DNA of 64,000 nucleotides from Chitinophagales bacterium (GCA_046329805.1 JAXLUA010000003.1:269559-333558), one strand, 5' to 3'; shown: positions 39,296-49,923, counted from the stretch's first letter. Translations and numbers: made by a program. Notes: generated by a model from the letters alone, not told the origin.

Positions 39296-40762
39296 TTATT
39301 TATTCATTTCTAAAAATGTTTCTTGCAATATTGCCTTATCATCAAATGGATATTTTACGCCATTTATTTCTTGATATTTTTCATGTCCTTTTCCTGCTAA
39401 AAGGATAATATCTTTGGGTGCTGCTATGCTGCAGGCCACACGTATTGCTTCTCTTCTGTCTGTAATGCTCAGCACTTTATTATAATTCTGTGCCGGCACA
39501 CCTGCTTTCATTTCTTTTATTATTTCGTCAGGTTGTTCATTTCTCGGATTATCTGAAGTAAGGATTACTTTATCTGCCAATTCGCTGGCGATGTGTGCCA
39601 TTTCCGGTCGTTTTGCTTTATCTCTATTGCCTCCACAGCCTACTATAGTAATTACATTTTCGTTATGGCTGCGTATTTCATTTATCGTATCTAATACATT
39701 TTTTAATGCATCGGGCGTATGCGCATAATCAATAATTCCTACGTTTTTATTTACAGAAGAAACAAAAACATCAAACCGGCCTTCTGCGCCTTTTAGCGTA
39801 GATATTGCGCTTAATGCTTCTGCTTTAGGCATTCCCAACAACACGCAAGTAGCATAAATAGCCAACAAATTATATGCGTTAAACCGTCCTGTCATTTGCA
39901 AATGCACGTCAACTCCATCACAATCGATTACTAAGCCGGAAAACGCATTTTCCAAAATTTTAAATCGGAAATCTGCCAAACTTTTAATAGCATACGTATA
40001 TTTTTTTGCGGCTGTATTTTGTAGCATCACCTCCCCTCTTCTATCATCTATATTGGTTAATGCAAAAGCACCATCGGGCAGTTGGTCAAAAAATTTCTTC
40101 TTTGCGTAGATGTAGTCTTGGAATGTTTTATGATAATCTAGATGGTCGTGAGTGATATTGGTAAATATCGCTCCCGTAAAATACAGTCCAGCTATTCTAT
40201 CTTGATCGGCGGCATGAGAGCTTACTTCCATAAAAGCGTATTCACACTTTTCCTCTACCATTTTATTCAACAATGCGTTGATAGCAATAGGGTCGGGAGT
40301 AGTATGTGTAGAAGGGATTTCTGTATGTTGGATTTTATTTACAATAGTCGAAAGCAACCCTGATTTATACGCTTTGTCGGTATAAATTTGATGAAGCAAA
40401 GTAGCGATAGAGGTTTTGCCGTTGGTACCGGTTACGCCAATTAATTTTATTTTTTTGGATGGATGATTAAAATAATTGCAAGCCATGATAGCTGATGTTT
40501 TACGGGCATCTTGCACTTGCAGATATACTACAGCCGGCGATATTGTTTGTGGTAAATCTTCGCACACAATCGCCGCAGCACCTTGTTCTATTACTTTTGG
40601 GATAAAGGTATGCCCATCAACAGTAGTTCCTTTTACGGCAAAAAACACATCTCCTTTTGATACCTTTCGAGAATCTAATTGCAGTAAAGAGATAGCCGTA
40701 GAAGTATCGCCGATTATGGTAATCGTTTGCACTGTATTTAATATTTCTTTTAATAGCTTCAT
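39296..40762 (-). CDS. murE: UDP-MurNAc-tripeptide synthetase (meso-DAP- or Lys-adding)
   Basis: [23 protein letters not shown]. Confidence 0.93.
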   Translation of the reverse strand: MKLLKEILNTVQTITIIGDTSTAISLLQLDSRKVSKGDVFFAVKGTTVDGHTFIPKVIEQGAAAIVCEDLPQTISPAVVYLQVQDARKTSAIMACNYFNHPSKKIKLIGVTGTNGKTSIATLLHQIYTDKAYKSGLLSTIVNKIQHTEIPSTHTTPDPIAINALLNKMVEEKCEYAFMEVSSHAADQDRIAGLYFTGAIFTNITHDHLDYHKTFQDYIYAKKKFFDQLPDGAFALTNIDDRRGEVMLQNTAAKKYTYAIKSLADFRFKILENAFSGLVIDCDGVDVHLQMTGRFNAYNLLAIYATCVLLGMPKAEALSAISTLKGAEGRFDVFVSSVNKNVGIIDYAHTPDALKNVLDTINEIRSHNENVITIVGCGGNRDKAKRPEMAHIASELADKVILTSDNPRNEQPDEIIKEMKAGVPAQNYNKVLSITDRREAIRVACSIAAPKDIILLAGKGHEKYQEINGVKYPFDDKAILQETFLEMNK

Positions 40763-42861
40763 TAGTTTAATATCAATTGTATTCTACTTCCTTTTACTAT
40801 CGGGCTTCCGGCCGGTATAGTTTGCATGGATACTTTTCCCTTTCCGTAAAAAGACACCACTAAGCCTTTATTTTCTAATATTGCCACCGCATCATCGGCT
40901 AACATCCCTTTTACATTAGGTACTGTTTTATCTTCAACAGGAACATTGCCAACAAAGAATTTTCCGGTAGAGTCGCTTTTCACAAATGCAAATTCCCATT
41001 CAGGTTTAAAATCGAATTTGATACGGAAGCGATTATTAATTTCTTTTATATCCTCTTTAGTACCTATTGCAAACGGTATCGGTTTATTGGCGATGGTAGA
41101 ATCTTTATTGATGGCTTTTATTGTTTTTATGTCTGATGTAATAATTTTATCTGCCATAGTACGGAATATTGGAGCAGACACCGCTCCGCCTGTAGTAAGT
41201 AGCCCTTGTGGGCCGCCAACGACTACAATACAAGAGTACAATGGGTTATCCGCCGGGAAAAAGCCGACAAAAGAAGACAAGTTTTTTTGGGTAAATCCTT
41301 TGTTGTCGAAGCTCATTTTTGCGGTGCCTGTTTTTCCTGCAATTCTATAATGCGGTGTTCTAATGCTTCTGCCAGTACCATTCTCATCTTCTGTAACGCG
41401 CAGCATTATTTCTTTTGCCATTGCAGCCGCTTCGGGGCTGCAAATTTTTTCACTCGACGATTGGGGTTTATATTCTCTGATTACTTTCCCATTATCTACT
41501 ACTTGCTGAATGAGGTACGGTTTTACGCGTGTGCCGGCGTTTGCTACGGCATTATAAAATGTTAATAGTTGTAAAGGGGTAAACTTCACTTCGTAACCGT
41601 GCGCTATCCATGCTAAAGACATTGCGCTCCAATTCTTAGGCTTATTGATGAATGGATTTCGCTCCCCTTTTATGCCTACATGGGTAAGTTGCGTAAGTCC
41701 GAATTGTTGTAATTTTTTATAGAATTTCTCTTTATTATTTCCATAATATTTATTCAGCCAAGTAGCTATTGCTACATTGGAGGAGATGGCAAATGCCTTT
41801 CCCGGAGTAAGGAACGTATATTGTGTATTATGGCCATCATCGGTGAGAAGGTGACCGCCAAAAACAGCGCTGGCATGATTAGTGTTTATGGAATCTTTGG
41901 GGGTAATATACCCATCATCAAACAAAGAAAGATAACCTGCCAACTTGAATACGGATCCGGGTTCATTGCTCATGCCCAATGCATAATTAAAAACTTCGCC
42001 GTATCCGCCATTTGCCATTCTGCCGAGATTGGCAATGGCTTTTATTGCGCCGGTCTTTACTTCCATTAATATAGCACAGCCAAAATCAGCTTGATACGCA
42101 GTAACAGATTGCAGCAAAGTGGACTCCGTGATATCTTGCAGCCCGATATCGATAGTAGTTACAATATCATATCCATCCTTAGGGTTTATTTGTCGTGCGC
42201 TTTTCATCGGCACCCATTCACCTCCTGCAATTTTTTGTTTTAATACCTTTCCGTTTACGCCTCTTAATATAGAATCTGCGGCTTCTTCCAAGCCTATGTT
42301 TTGTGCATTCTCCCGTTTTATGCCAATAACTCGCTTTGCTAAATAACCATACGGATTGGTGCGCTCTTGATGCATTTCAACTATCAATCCGCCTTTAAAT
42401 TTCCCCTCTCTGAAAAGCGGCCATTTTTTTATTTCGTTTAATATAATGTAGTTTACTTTTGGCGCAAGCAAAAAATAACGGCGTCTTTCTTTTCTTGCTT
42501 TTTTTAATTGTTGGCGATAAGCGGCTTCTGTATTTTGATTGAAATATTTCCACATGTAATACGCCAATGAATCGACATTGCGGTCGAATATCTCTTTAGT
42601 CATTGCCTTAGAAGCAAAATCGATGTGCAATTCAAAAAAGGGTACGGAAGTGGCAAGCAGTTTATCATCTGCCGAGTAAATATTTCCTCGTTCACCGCTC
42701 ACATCAAAGAACCTTGTTGTTGAGCTGTCTGCTTGTTCTTTCCAATTATTTTTTTTGTCGGTTTGAATTAAATATACTTTTCCCAACACCGCTACTCCAA
42801 ATAGCGAGCATAAAGCCCCTACGAGGTATATTCGGAATAATATGTTGGATTTTATATTCAA
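40762..42861 (-). CDS. ftsI: Class B penicillin-binding protein FtsI/PBP3 with a C-terminal PASTA domain
   Basis: SVFK (SxxK), SSN (SxN), KTGT and a terminal PASTA-like VPNVKGMLADDAVAILENKGL. Apparent TTG start. Confidence 0.92.
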   Translation of the reverse strand: MNIKSNILFRIYLVGALCSLFGVAVLGKVYLIQTDKKNNWKEQADSSTTRFFDVSGERGNIYSADDKLLATSVPFFELHIDFASKAMTKEIFDRNVDSLAYYMWKYFNQNTEAAYRQQLKKARKERRRYFLLAPKVNYIILNEIKKWPLFREGKFKGGLIVEMHQERTNPYGYLAKRVIGIKRENAQNIGLEEAADSILRGVNGKVLKQKIAGGEWVPMKSARQINPKDGYDIVTTIDIGLQDITESTLLQSVTAYQADFGCAILMEVKTGAIKAIANLGRMANGGYGEVFNYALGMSNEPGSVFKLAGYLSLFDDGYITPKDSINTNHASAVFGGHLLTDDGHNTQYTFLTPGKAFAISSNVAIATWLNKYYGNNKEKFYKKLQQFGLTQLTHVGIKGERNPFINKPKNWSAMSLAWIAHGYEVKFTPLQLLTFYNAVANAGTRVKPYLIQQVVDNGKVIREYKPQSSSEKICSPEAAAMAKEIMLRVTEDENGTGRSIRTPHYRIAGKTGTAKMSFDNKGFTQKNLSSFVGFFPADNPLYSCIVVVGGPQGLLTTGGAVSAPIFRTMADKIITSDIKTIKAINKDSTIANKPIPFAIGTKEDIKEINNRFRIKFDFKPEWEFAFVKSDSTGKFFVGNVPVEDKTVPNVKGMLADDAVAILENKGLVVSFYGKGKVSMQTIPAGSPIVKGSRIQLILN

Positions 42862-42890
42862 GCGTATTAATTGTTGGTTTAGTTAGTTGT

Positions 42891-43295
42891 TTAATCTAAA
42901 GCATCTTTATTTATTTCAATTTTTTTAGGTGGTTCTTGTAACGATTTTAATCCATACGGTTCTACTATTTTTTGCAATTCTGATTGTTTGCTTTTTAGGT
43001 TCATTTCTGTTTTCACATTCATATATTCCCAGCGTAGTTCTTTTATTACGTCTTGTTTTTTATTAATACTTCTATTCAGCCGTACAGCAAGGTGTGTATT
43101 AAAGATTTCAAGCACGCCAACAAACACGATAGCGACGACAAAGAAGAAATTATGCATCACTTGTGCATAAGAGATAAAATCTTCTACCCCAAAAAGCTGC
43201 AAAAAACCTTCTACAATACGCTGTAGTTTTCCTTGCGGTTTGGGCGTAGGTTCATTTTCCGTTTCCACTGTATTTACTTCCGCTTCTATCATCAA
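42891..43295 (-). CDS. ftsL: FtsL-like small bitopic division protein
   Basis: One TM helix (FFFVVAIVFVGVLEIF) followed by a coiled coil. Sits between rsmH and ftsI and overlaps rsmH by 4 nt. Confidence 0.7.
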   Translation of the reverse strand: MMIEAEVNTVETENEPTPKPQGKLQRIVEGFLQLFGVEDFISYAQVMHNFFFVVAIVFVGVLEIFNTHLAVRLNRSINKKQDVIKELRWEYMNVKTEMNLKSKQSELQKIVEPYGLKSLQEPPKKIEINKDALD

Positions 43296-44185
43296 TTTTT
43301 TTGTGCTATTCTCAATTTTGCGCTTCGTGCTCTTGAATTTATTTTCAATTCTGTTGCACTTGCTTCTATCGGTTTTTTGGTGATTACTTTTAGATGATGT
43401 TCAAACTTTCCGAAGATGTCTTTTTCCGGTTCGCCATCAAATACGCCATTTTTCATAAAATTTTTTGTCAATCTATCTTCCAAAGAATGATAACTCATTA
43501 TCACTAAGCGACCATTTGTATCTAAAACTTCTTCGCTTTGTTGTAAAAATTCTTTAATGGCATTCAATTCATCATTTACCTCAATGCGGATGGCTTGAAA
43601 TACTTGTGCTAAGTATTTTACTTCAATTCCTTTGCTTACTGTTTTGCCTATTTCAACCAAATCTTTTGTGGTTTCAATAGGATGTAAGGTGCGAGCTTCT
43701 ACAATTTTGTTTGCCAACGTTTTTGCATTAATAACTTCGCCGTAAAAGCCCAAAATATGCTGCAATTGCTCCGCAGAATAATTATTGACTACCTCTTTTG
43801 CGCTGATACCTTCTTTGGTGTTCATGCGCATATCCAAAGGAGCATCGAAGCGGGTAGCGAAGCCGCGGGAGGGTTCATCAATTTGGTGCGATGAAATTCC
43901 GAAATCGGCTAAGATGCCCTGAACTTTTGTTACTCCGTACAATTTTAAAAAGCGTTTTAAGTATCTGTAATTTGCTTGTATCAGGGTGAATCGGGTGTCA
44001 TTAGGTATATTTCTCCTCGCATCTTCATCCACATCAAAAGCAAATAATTTTCCTTTTTCGTTTAAGTGTTCCAATATTTTTTTGGAATGTCCGCCGCCGC
44101 CAAAAGTTACATCTACATAAATTCCGTCCGGTTTTATTTGCAACCCTTCTATACATTCGTTCAGCATTACCGGAATATGATACAT
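43292..44185 (-). CDS. rsmH: 16S rRNA (cytosine1402-N4)-methyltransferase
   Basis: HIPVMLNE, DVTFGGGGHS, DFGISSHQID. Confidence 0.96.
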   Translation of the reverse strand: MYHIPVMLNECIEGLQIKPDGIYVDVTFGGGGHSKKILEHLNEKGKLFAFDVDEDARRNIPNDTRFTLIQANYRYLKRFLKLYGVTKVQGILADFGISSHQIDEPSRGFATRFDAPLDMRMNTKEGISAKEVVNNYSAEQLQHILGFYGEVINAKTLANKIVEARTLHPIETTKDLVEIGKTVSKGIEVKYLAQVFQAIRIEVNDELNAIKEFLQQSEEVLDTNGRLVIMSYHSLEDRLTKNFMKNGVFDGEPEKDIFGKFEHHLKVITKKPIEASATELKINSRARSAKLRIAQKN

Positions 44186-44212
44186 GTAATTTTGTTTACC
44201 GTTTTTAAAGAA

Positions 44213-44668
44213 CTATTTATTATCACTTAATTTCGACCAAACATCATCGGCCATATCTGCAAAATTCTCCGGCTCTACAATAGTAGCAGCATACGTTTTA
44301 CTGTCCCAAATTTCAATTACATCGTGAAATGCCGTTATCACTACTTCATCTGTAATGCCAACATTTTCCATTAATCTTTTGGAAAGTAGGATTCTATCGC
44401 TGCTATCTGCTTCTACTTGAGTGGCCAATTGGTAAAATGCTCGTAGGAAATTTCGCTCGTCCGTTCTGAAGTAACTAAACTTGTTCATTTCTTGTGTTAC
44501 ACTATCCCATTGTGTTTTTGGAAAAAGGCGAAGACATTTTCCCATTCCTTTATTCAACACAAAATGCAATCTGCTATTTTCCGGAAGTTGTTGCAAAAGA
44601 TTGGTTGGCAAACGCAATCGGCCTTTGCTGTCCACTTTTACTTCATAATTTCCGGTTAAGCCTATCAT
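44213..44668 (-). CDS. mraZ: Transcriptional regulator MraZ
   Basis: Duplicated SpoVT/AbrB-like halves: VDSKGRLRLP and DSSDRILL. Confidence 0.93.
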   Translation of the reverse strand: MIGLTGNYEVKVDSKGRLRLPTNLLQQLPENSRLHFVLNKGMGKCLRLFPKTQWDSVTQEMNKFSYFRTDERNFLRAFYQLATQVEADSSDRILLSKRLMENVGITDEVVITAFHDVIEIWDSKTYAATIVEPENFADMADDVWSKLSDNK

Positions 44669-44693
44669 TTATACGTTTGGATATTTAGATAAG

Positions 44694-44701
44694 CAAAAAT
44701 A
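44694..44701 (-). promoter_or_regulatory. -7 box TATTTTTG of the dcw (mraZ) promoter
   Basis: Exact TAnnTTTG on the minus strand, 25 nt before the mraZ ATG. Confidence 0.45.
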
Positions 44702-44711
44702 AAATAAAACT

Positions 44712-44736
44712 CACACAAATTCCCACTTCTTGCCAC
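44712..44736 (-). promoter_or_regulatory. Three direct pentamers at exact 10-bp spacing (GTGGC-N5-GTGGG-N5-GTGTG), candidate MraZ boxes
   Basis: Plus strand has cacac at 44712, cccac at 44722 and gccac at 44732. The array lies immediately upstream of the -7 box. Confidence 0.55.
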
Positions 44737-44982
44737 TTTTTACCATTGACACCAATGTTAACAACTCGAAAAATGTGCATATCTGCATATTTTATGTGCA
44801 TTGCCTGTGAATTAAAAGTATAAATAGGTGATTAACAAGGCTTAATTATAAACATTGGTTTATGAACGATTTGAGAATTGTAGAAAAGATTGTGTGAATT
44901 ATATCCCTAAAAACGACTCGTTGAGGGCTGAGAAGCAGTTATTTACAATAGAATATTTTTTATGAATTAAATAAAAAGATTT

Positions 44983-44990
44983 TAAATTTG
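44983..44990 (+). promoter_or_regulatory. -7 box TAAATTTG, 5 nt before the ATG at 44996
   Basis: Exact TAnnTTTG. Confidence 0.4.
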
Positions 44991-44995
44991 TTTTT

Positions 44996-46471
44996 ATGCA
45001 ACAACATCCAATCATTTTATTAATACAGAAAGTTGAATCCTGCTATTCTAAAGATATTCAGAAATATTTTGCCATTATAAAAAAACAGCGTACTGAAAAA
45101 TTATACAAGTTACTTGCAAGTGCAAAGAACGAAGAACAATTAGGACGCTCACTTTTATTTAAAAAATTATTCGGGAAAACATACTCTGAAAAAAATGATT
45201 ATTTATGGCGCAATGAAATTCGCTTGCTAAAAGAAACTATTGAATCATTTCTAATTCAAAAACAGCATGAATATATTTCTAAGCATAACGAAGCCTATAA
45301 CCAATGGCTGTTGGTGCAGATGTATGATAAAATGAAATACCTACAAGGTGTTACAGAGCAAACTGAAATTTTATCGAAAGAAAAACATGAATATGCTTCC
45401 TATCCATTTGCATTGGATGCCCAATTAATTATGGCATTAAATCTACAACACAGCATTCCCGATGTAGCTAAACGCATGGAAGCTTTTCCTCCACATATAG
45501 AAGAAAGTATCCGCACTCTGAAAGATTTATTTGCAACATACTGCTCACGGATTAACTTATCTATTGCCTTACACAATTGGCTTTGTTACAACACACAAAC
45601 TGTAAAGCATATTGAGCCGATTACTGCTTATTTTGAAGAGATGCTTGCAGAAAACAACATGAGCACTTTTTATAATCATTTCAGTAATACATTTTCTACT
45701 GATTTTGATGTACGCATAGGCAATATCAACAAGGCAATTGAGGCAATTGAACCGATTGCACAGAAAAACAAACTGCAACAGGAGAACAATATCATCATAC
45801 AAATGGCACTCGGCAGAGAGCTTTCTGCAAATGGTCATTTCCCAAAAGCACATGAAATATTTACTAAAATAAAGAAAATCATTGATGAAGATTTTCAGCA
45901 ACACCGTACTGTCTTTTATGTAAACTATGTAACAAATTTGGTGAAAAATAGAATGTACAAAGAAGCACTTTATGTAATGGTGCATGAGTTTTCTACCGAC
46001 AATTTATTATATAAAAATATGTTGTTGCAAAATCGTTTGCTATGTTATCTTTATTTGCGTGACACATTACAGTTGGAAAAATTCATCAACTACGATTTGG
46101 ATACTGCACCGTTTCCGCAAAACTATATGTTGAAAGTGATTAAGTCAGCATACTTCTATTTAATAAAAGAATACGATACAGCAATTTCTATTATCAATAG
46201 TTTACTAAACGCAAAATACGCTGCCGATAATATGCAGTATTACCAGCCGGTTTCCAATATCTATAAGAAATTATACACTATTTCTCAAAAAAATAGTTTG
46301 CAAAAAAAGTGGTCTGATAAAGACGTAAAATCTTTATTAGATGACATTACTGAATTTGAAAAAACAAGCCCTGTCGAGTTTAAAAAAGTATCGGTTTACC
46401 TTTGGTTGAAAGAAGAAATTGAGAATAATTTAGTAGAAAAACACGTACCACGAATACATACAACAAATTGA
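44996..46471 (+). CDS. 491-aa all-helical (TPR-like) cytoplasmic protein, paralogue of 53488-54981
   Basis: No signal peptide or TM helix. Shares blocks with the paralogue along the full length: SFLIQKQ vs DILIQKR, FYVNYVTNLVKNRMYKEAL vs IFLNYATNCSKQKQFAKAI, and VYLWLKEEI vs PFLWLEQKL. Confidence 0.7.
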   Translation: MQQHPIILLIQKVESCYSKDIQKYFAIIKKQRTEKLYKLLASAKNEEQLGRSLLFKKLFGKTYSEKNDYLWRNEIRLLKETIESFLIQKQHEYISKHNEAYNQWLLVQMYDKMKYLQGVTEQTEILSKEKHEYASYPFALDAQLIMALNLQHSIPDVAKRMEAFPPHIEESIRTLKDLFATYCSRINLSIALHNWLCYNTQTVKHIEPITAYFEEMLAENNMSTFYNHFSNTFSTDFDVRIGNINKAIEAIEPIAQKNKLQQENNIIIQMALGRELSANGHFPKAHEIFTKIKKIIDEDFQQHRTVFYVNYVTNLVKNRMYKEALYVMVHEFSTDNLLYKNMLLQNRLLCYLYLRDTLQLEKFINYDLDTAPFPQNYMLKVIKSAYFYLIKEYDTAISIINSLLNAKYAADNMQYYQPVSNIYKKLYTISQKNSLQKKWSDKDVKSLLDDITEFEKTSPVEFKKVSVYLWLKEEIENNLVEKHVPRIHTTN

Positions 46472-46573
46472 TTATCAAAATCTTTTGTTTGTATTTATTT
46501 AGAATTCACTCACAAAATCCAAATATTTTAGTTGTCTTCGTTTTTTGTTTGATACAAATTTGTATTACAAAAA

Positions 46574-47425
46574 ATGATACCAATGAAAAATTTCAAATTA
46601 TTCTTTATCCTCATTATTTATTGCATTTCATTTAGTGCTTGCCAAAAAGAAAACAATGAACATGAAGGTTGGCAGTTTACAAAATTAGTTAATACCTCTT
46701 TAGATGCTGATGGCAACATGACAACGTTAGATTTCTATCAGAAAAAAGGAAACGAATGGCGTGTTGTACGCATGGAACCTGATGATTATACGAGCTTCAA
46801 TTTAAAAGAAATTATTACACCTAAGGATTATCAATTGCCTGTAACGGATAATGTAAATATTTTTATGACGTGTAATGCTAAGTTATTCAATCCGAGTACA
46901 AATTTGATACACACGCAAAATAAAATGAAATGGTTGCTTAACGACATACCGTCATTTAATTCAACTTTCTCATTTGCTAGCGGATTTCCCGATATTTCTA
47001 CTTCCTTTAATGCTATTAATAAATTTTCTGCGGCAACGTATTCTCTAGAAAAAGCCTATAATAATGATGCTCAAACAGATACTTATATTTTCTATGATTT
47101 TCCAAATCAGAAATATTTGTATTACGGAAAAAGAAGTACAACTCCATTAATTATACAAAGCAATTTACCGGATATGTGTTCTACCTGCAATCAAATTAAT
47201 TGGAAAACAATAGATGCCGTTACCAGCACCAACCAAAAAGATTTTTCATATTATTACTTTTTTGATTTTGATGCTAAGAAATTACACATCTTAGAACGTA
47301 ACGATAAAAATACCGACCATCCATCTTTTTCTTTTGATAAAGGGTTTACGTTAGATTTCAGTTATTCATTTCACAAGGAATATACTTCTCCCGACAAAGA
47401 TAAACCTTTTGATTTCAGTAAATAA
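46574..47425 (+). CDS. Hypothetical lipoprotein (283 aa)
   Basis: Lipobox ISFSAC followed by QKENNE. Confidence 0.65.
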   Translation: MIPMKNFKLFFILIIYCISFSACQKENNEHEGWQFTKLVNTSLDADGNMTTLDFYQKKGNEWRVVRMEPDDYTSFNLKEIITPKDYQLPVTDNVNIFMTCNAKLFNPSTNLIHTQNKMKWLLNDIPSFNSTFSFASGFPDISTSFNAINKFSAATYSLEKAYNNDAQTDTYIFYDFPNQKYLYYGKRSTTPLIIQSNLPDMCSTCNQINWKTIDAVTSTNQKDFSYYYFFDFDAKKLHILERNDKNTDHPSFSFDKGFTLDFSYSFHKEYTSPDKDKPFDFSK

Positions 47426-47464
47426 TTCTATCAATAAATTCATTCACAATTAAAATAACAGGAA

Positions 47465-48112
47465 ATGAAAACAATTAAAACACTGAAAAGAACAATGCTA
47501 TTTGCGTTGTTATTTGCTACACTGCTATTTACAGGTTGCAAAAAAGAGAAAACCTTTGACATCAATAAATTAGAAGGCTATTTAATTTTTGGAAAATACC
47601 CAGACCATGATTTAATGTTAATAGAATTTTTGCCCGGTAAAAAATTAAATATATATTTTACATCAGGCGGTGCTATTGCTTCTTACAAGATTATTGATGA
47701 TAAAACTATTGAGATTGATATTGACGATACGCCCAGAATTATCATTGATAATGGTAAAGTCAGTATAACTCCTAGTTTTGACATATCAGAACTTCAGCTT
47801 ATCAAAAAGCCAAGTACCAACCAATTAGAAGGAAAGACTTTTGCAGGCAAATATTACTATCCCAATGGCAACTTATTGCACCCAAAATTCTTTTATACTT
47901 TCCAAACAGGTACACAAAAAGTAGGTGTAGGTTATATCGTAGGTAGTCCTGTGCGTACCAATGATTATGAACTCATAGGCAATATCGCCGCCAGAATCCA
48001 ACCGGGAGGCGATGACAGAGAAATGGTTGTACTGGTAAACGGCAAATTAGAATCCGTATATTATAATAGTTCTTCAAATAAATATCAATATGGCACATTA
48101 GAGCAACAATAA
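47465..48112 (+). CDS. Hypothetical lipoprotein (215 aa)
   Basis: Lipobox LLFTGC followed by KKEK. Confidence 0.65.
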   Translation: MKTIKTLKRTMLFALLFATLLFTGCKKEKTFDINKLEGYLIFGKYPDHDLMLIEFLPGKKLNIYFTSGGAIASYKIIDDKTIEIDIDDTPRIIIDNGKVSITPSFDISELQLIKKPSTNQLEGKTFAGKYYYPNGNLLHPKFFYTFQTGTQKVGVGYIVGSPVRTNDYELIGNIAARIQPGGDDREMVVLVNGKLESVYYNSSSNKYQYGTLEQQ

Positions 48113-48116
48113 TTTA

Positions 48117-48267
48117 TTAAAGAGAGATTCCGCAAATGTAATCTGTCATTCCGAAATATCAGAACGACCAATAGGAGAAATCCAACAAGATAAAAGAGAT
48201 TCCTCTCTCGCCTGAGGCGAGACGGAATGACGGCTTACTACATTCGTATGACAGTTCTCTTTAAAGT
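48117..48267. repeat. REP/MITE-like nested palindromic element, family A copy 1
   Basis: ctgtcattccgaa...ggagaaatccaacaagataaaagagattcctc...cggaatgacgg, flanked by aaagagagattc and gttctctttaaagtg. Confidence 0.8.
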
Positions 48268-48291
48268 GCAAAACGATAAAAACACCGAACC

Positions 48292-48612
48292 ATGTTTATT
48301 AACAACAGAGCAAACGCTATGTGCATTCATCTAAAACCATTGGAAGATTACCTAAAAACAAAAGGTATCGCGGAAATTTATAGAGGGCAAGTTTGGTCAA
48401 AAAATTGCAGAGAATGGATTTATTACGATGCGGTATTAGATCCCAAAAGCTTAAAAGCAAAATTTCACTTTGATGATACTATTCTGATTCACGATTATGA
48501 AGATATAAAAGTAGGTTCTGAATTAGGATTAATCTGCACCATCTGCAATGATGGAATTATGGGAACACATCCAAAATCACATTATGCTCATCAAAAGAAA
48601 GTTATTCATTAA
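48292..48612 (+). CDS. Small cytoplasmic hypothetical protein (about 97-106 aa)
   Basis: Open frame with no signal peptide. The true start may be the second Met (MCIHLKP). Confidence 0.5.
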   Translation: MFINNRANAMCIHLKPLEDYLKTKGIAEIYRGQVWSKNCREWIYYDAVLDPKSLKAKFHFDDTILIHDYEDIKVGSELGLICTICNDGIMGTHPKSHYAHQKKVIH

Positions 48613-48647
48613 AAAATAAAATTATTAAACACTTAAAAACAAATTTT

Positions 48648-49718
48648 ATGCTAACATTAGAACAATACGCTTCTATTTACCTGACAATGATATCGGCAGC
48701 AGGAAACGCACAACAAGAACAAGAAATTTGCTCCTCTCACGGCTACACTTTAGCACAATGGCAAGAAGCCAAAGATTTTTATACGGCTAAAATGATGGAT
48801 CCGAATGATATGGGCAAAACTGCTATGGCATTTTCCGCTGCAATGATGCAAGGGGCAACACCTGTGCAACCGCAACAACAACAGCAAACGCTCACTCCTT
48901 CAGATTTTACAGCAAACAACATTCAAATCTACATTAGCGAATTTGATGTACAAATGGTGGAATTTCTCAACCGACAAACACAGCAGCATATCGTATTGCA
49001 ACTTGGCTTTGATGCAAAAGATGATTTTGAAAAAAAATACATCAATGGCAGAGTACATATTTCTATCAACGACCAATCGTACAGTATTTACGGAGGCGTA
49101 GAAAAAGTAGAACTCAGCAGCACAGCCGTAAAATTCATTTTTGATGAGGAAGGCAAAGCACGTATGCAATGTGGAAGTATTACAGTTTTGTACAACATCA
49201 ATGGTAAATTGTATAATTACCTGAAAAGAAAAATGCAGTTTATGTACAAGAATATTTTGAGTATAAAAGAAGAAAGTACACCAAAAGAATATGTAGTAAA
49301 TGGCATTACTTTAAATGATGAATGGGGTACATTTTCTACCGACAGCATGAAAGTAAGTATTCGACCAAACTTGCAAAACATCAAAGAAACAGGCAAATAT
49401 CCACAAGCTGTTTTTGTAGATTTTATGTCGGCAACCATTGGAAAAGACAATAATGAAATGGCATTATTAAATGAAGTGGAAGCCTGTCTGAAAGATACAC
49501 TCGAATATGATTTGGCAGCAGTAATGTTGTTTCATGTTACCGATAATGAAAAGCGAAGATTTTTTATTTATACAGGTTTGAGTCAAAAAGATTTTATGAC
49601 ACGTATCAATGAAGCATTTCGTTTATTGCCACAATTACCATTAAATTTTTCCGGCGGCGAAGATGCTGCTTGGGCAAACTATGCCGGTTGTTTGGGCGAT
49701 TATAATTTATATAAATAG
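48648..49718 (+). CDS. Cytoplasmic hypothetical protein, 356 aa, two-domain with a poly-Q linker
   Basis: Helical N-domain (LTLEQYASIYL...), then a QPQQQQQ linker, then an alpha/beta C-terminal half. No signal peptide. Resemblance of the C-terminal part to DUF695/RraB-type immunity-like folds is only an impression. Confidence 0.6.
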   Translation: MLTLEQYASIYLTMISAAGNAQQEQEICSSHGYTLAQWQEAKDFYTAKMMDPNDMGKTAMAFSAAMMQGATPVQPQQQQQTLTPSDFTANNIQIYISEFDVQMVEFLNRQTQQHIVLQLGFDAKDDFEKKYINGRVHISINDQSYSIYGGVEKVELSSTAVKFIFDEEGKARMQCGSITVLYNINGKLYNYLKRKMQFMYKNILSIKEESTPKEYVVNGITLNDEWGTFSTDSMKVSIRPNLQNIKETGKYPQAVFVDFMSATIGKDNNEMALLNEVEACLKDTLEYDLAAVMLFHVTDNEKRRFFIYTGLSQKDFMTRINEAFRLLPQLPLNFSGGEDAAWANYAGCLGDYNLYK

Positions 49719-49726
49719 TTGACGGC

Positions 49727-49912
49727 TGTTTGTTCACAGTGAACAGTGAACAGTGAACTAAAAACTAAAAGTGAGTGCGTCATTTCGAACGAGGAACGAG
49801 TGAGAAATCCCGACGAGTTTGGGTAAAGTTATTTTCATATCTAGATACCTCCTAACGTCGGCATGACGACTCGCATTTATAGACAAAATCCGGTGAACCG
49901 TCATCGAACAAA
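49727..49912. repeat. Composite repeat zone: CAGTGAA x3 (49737-49757) plus family-A-related palindromic units
   Basis: gcgtcatttcgaacgaggaacgagtgagaaatcc, cgtcggcatgacgactcg, gaaccgtcatcgaac. Confidence 0.65.
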
Positions 49913-49923
49913 AAATAAAAAAA

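Noticed and set aside
28563-44668. Absence of murF, ddl and murB from the dcw cluster as an anomaly
   Set aside because: From what I recall, Bacteroidota dcw clusters normally lack these genes and encode them elsewhere, so this is not unusual.
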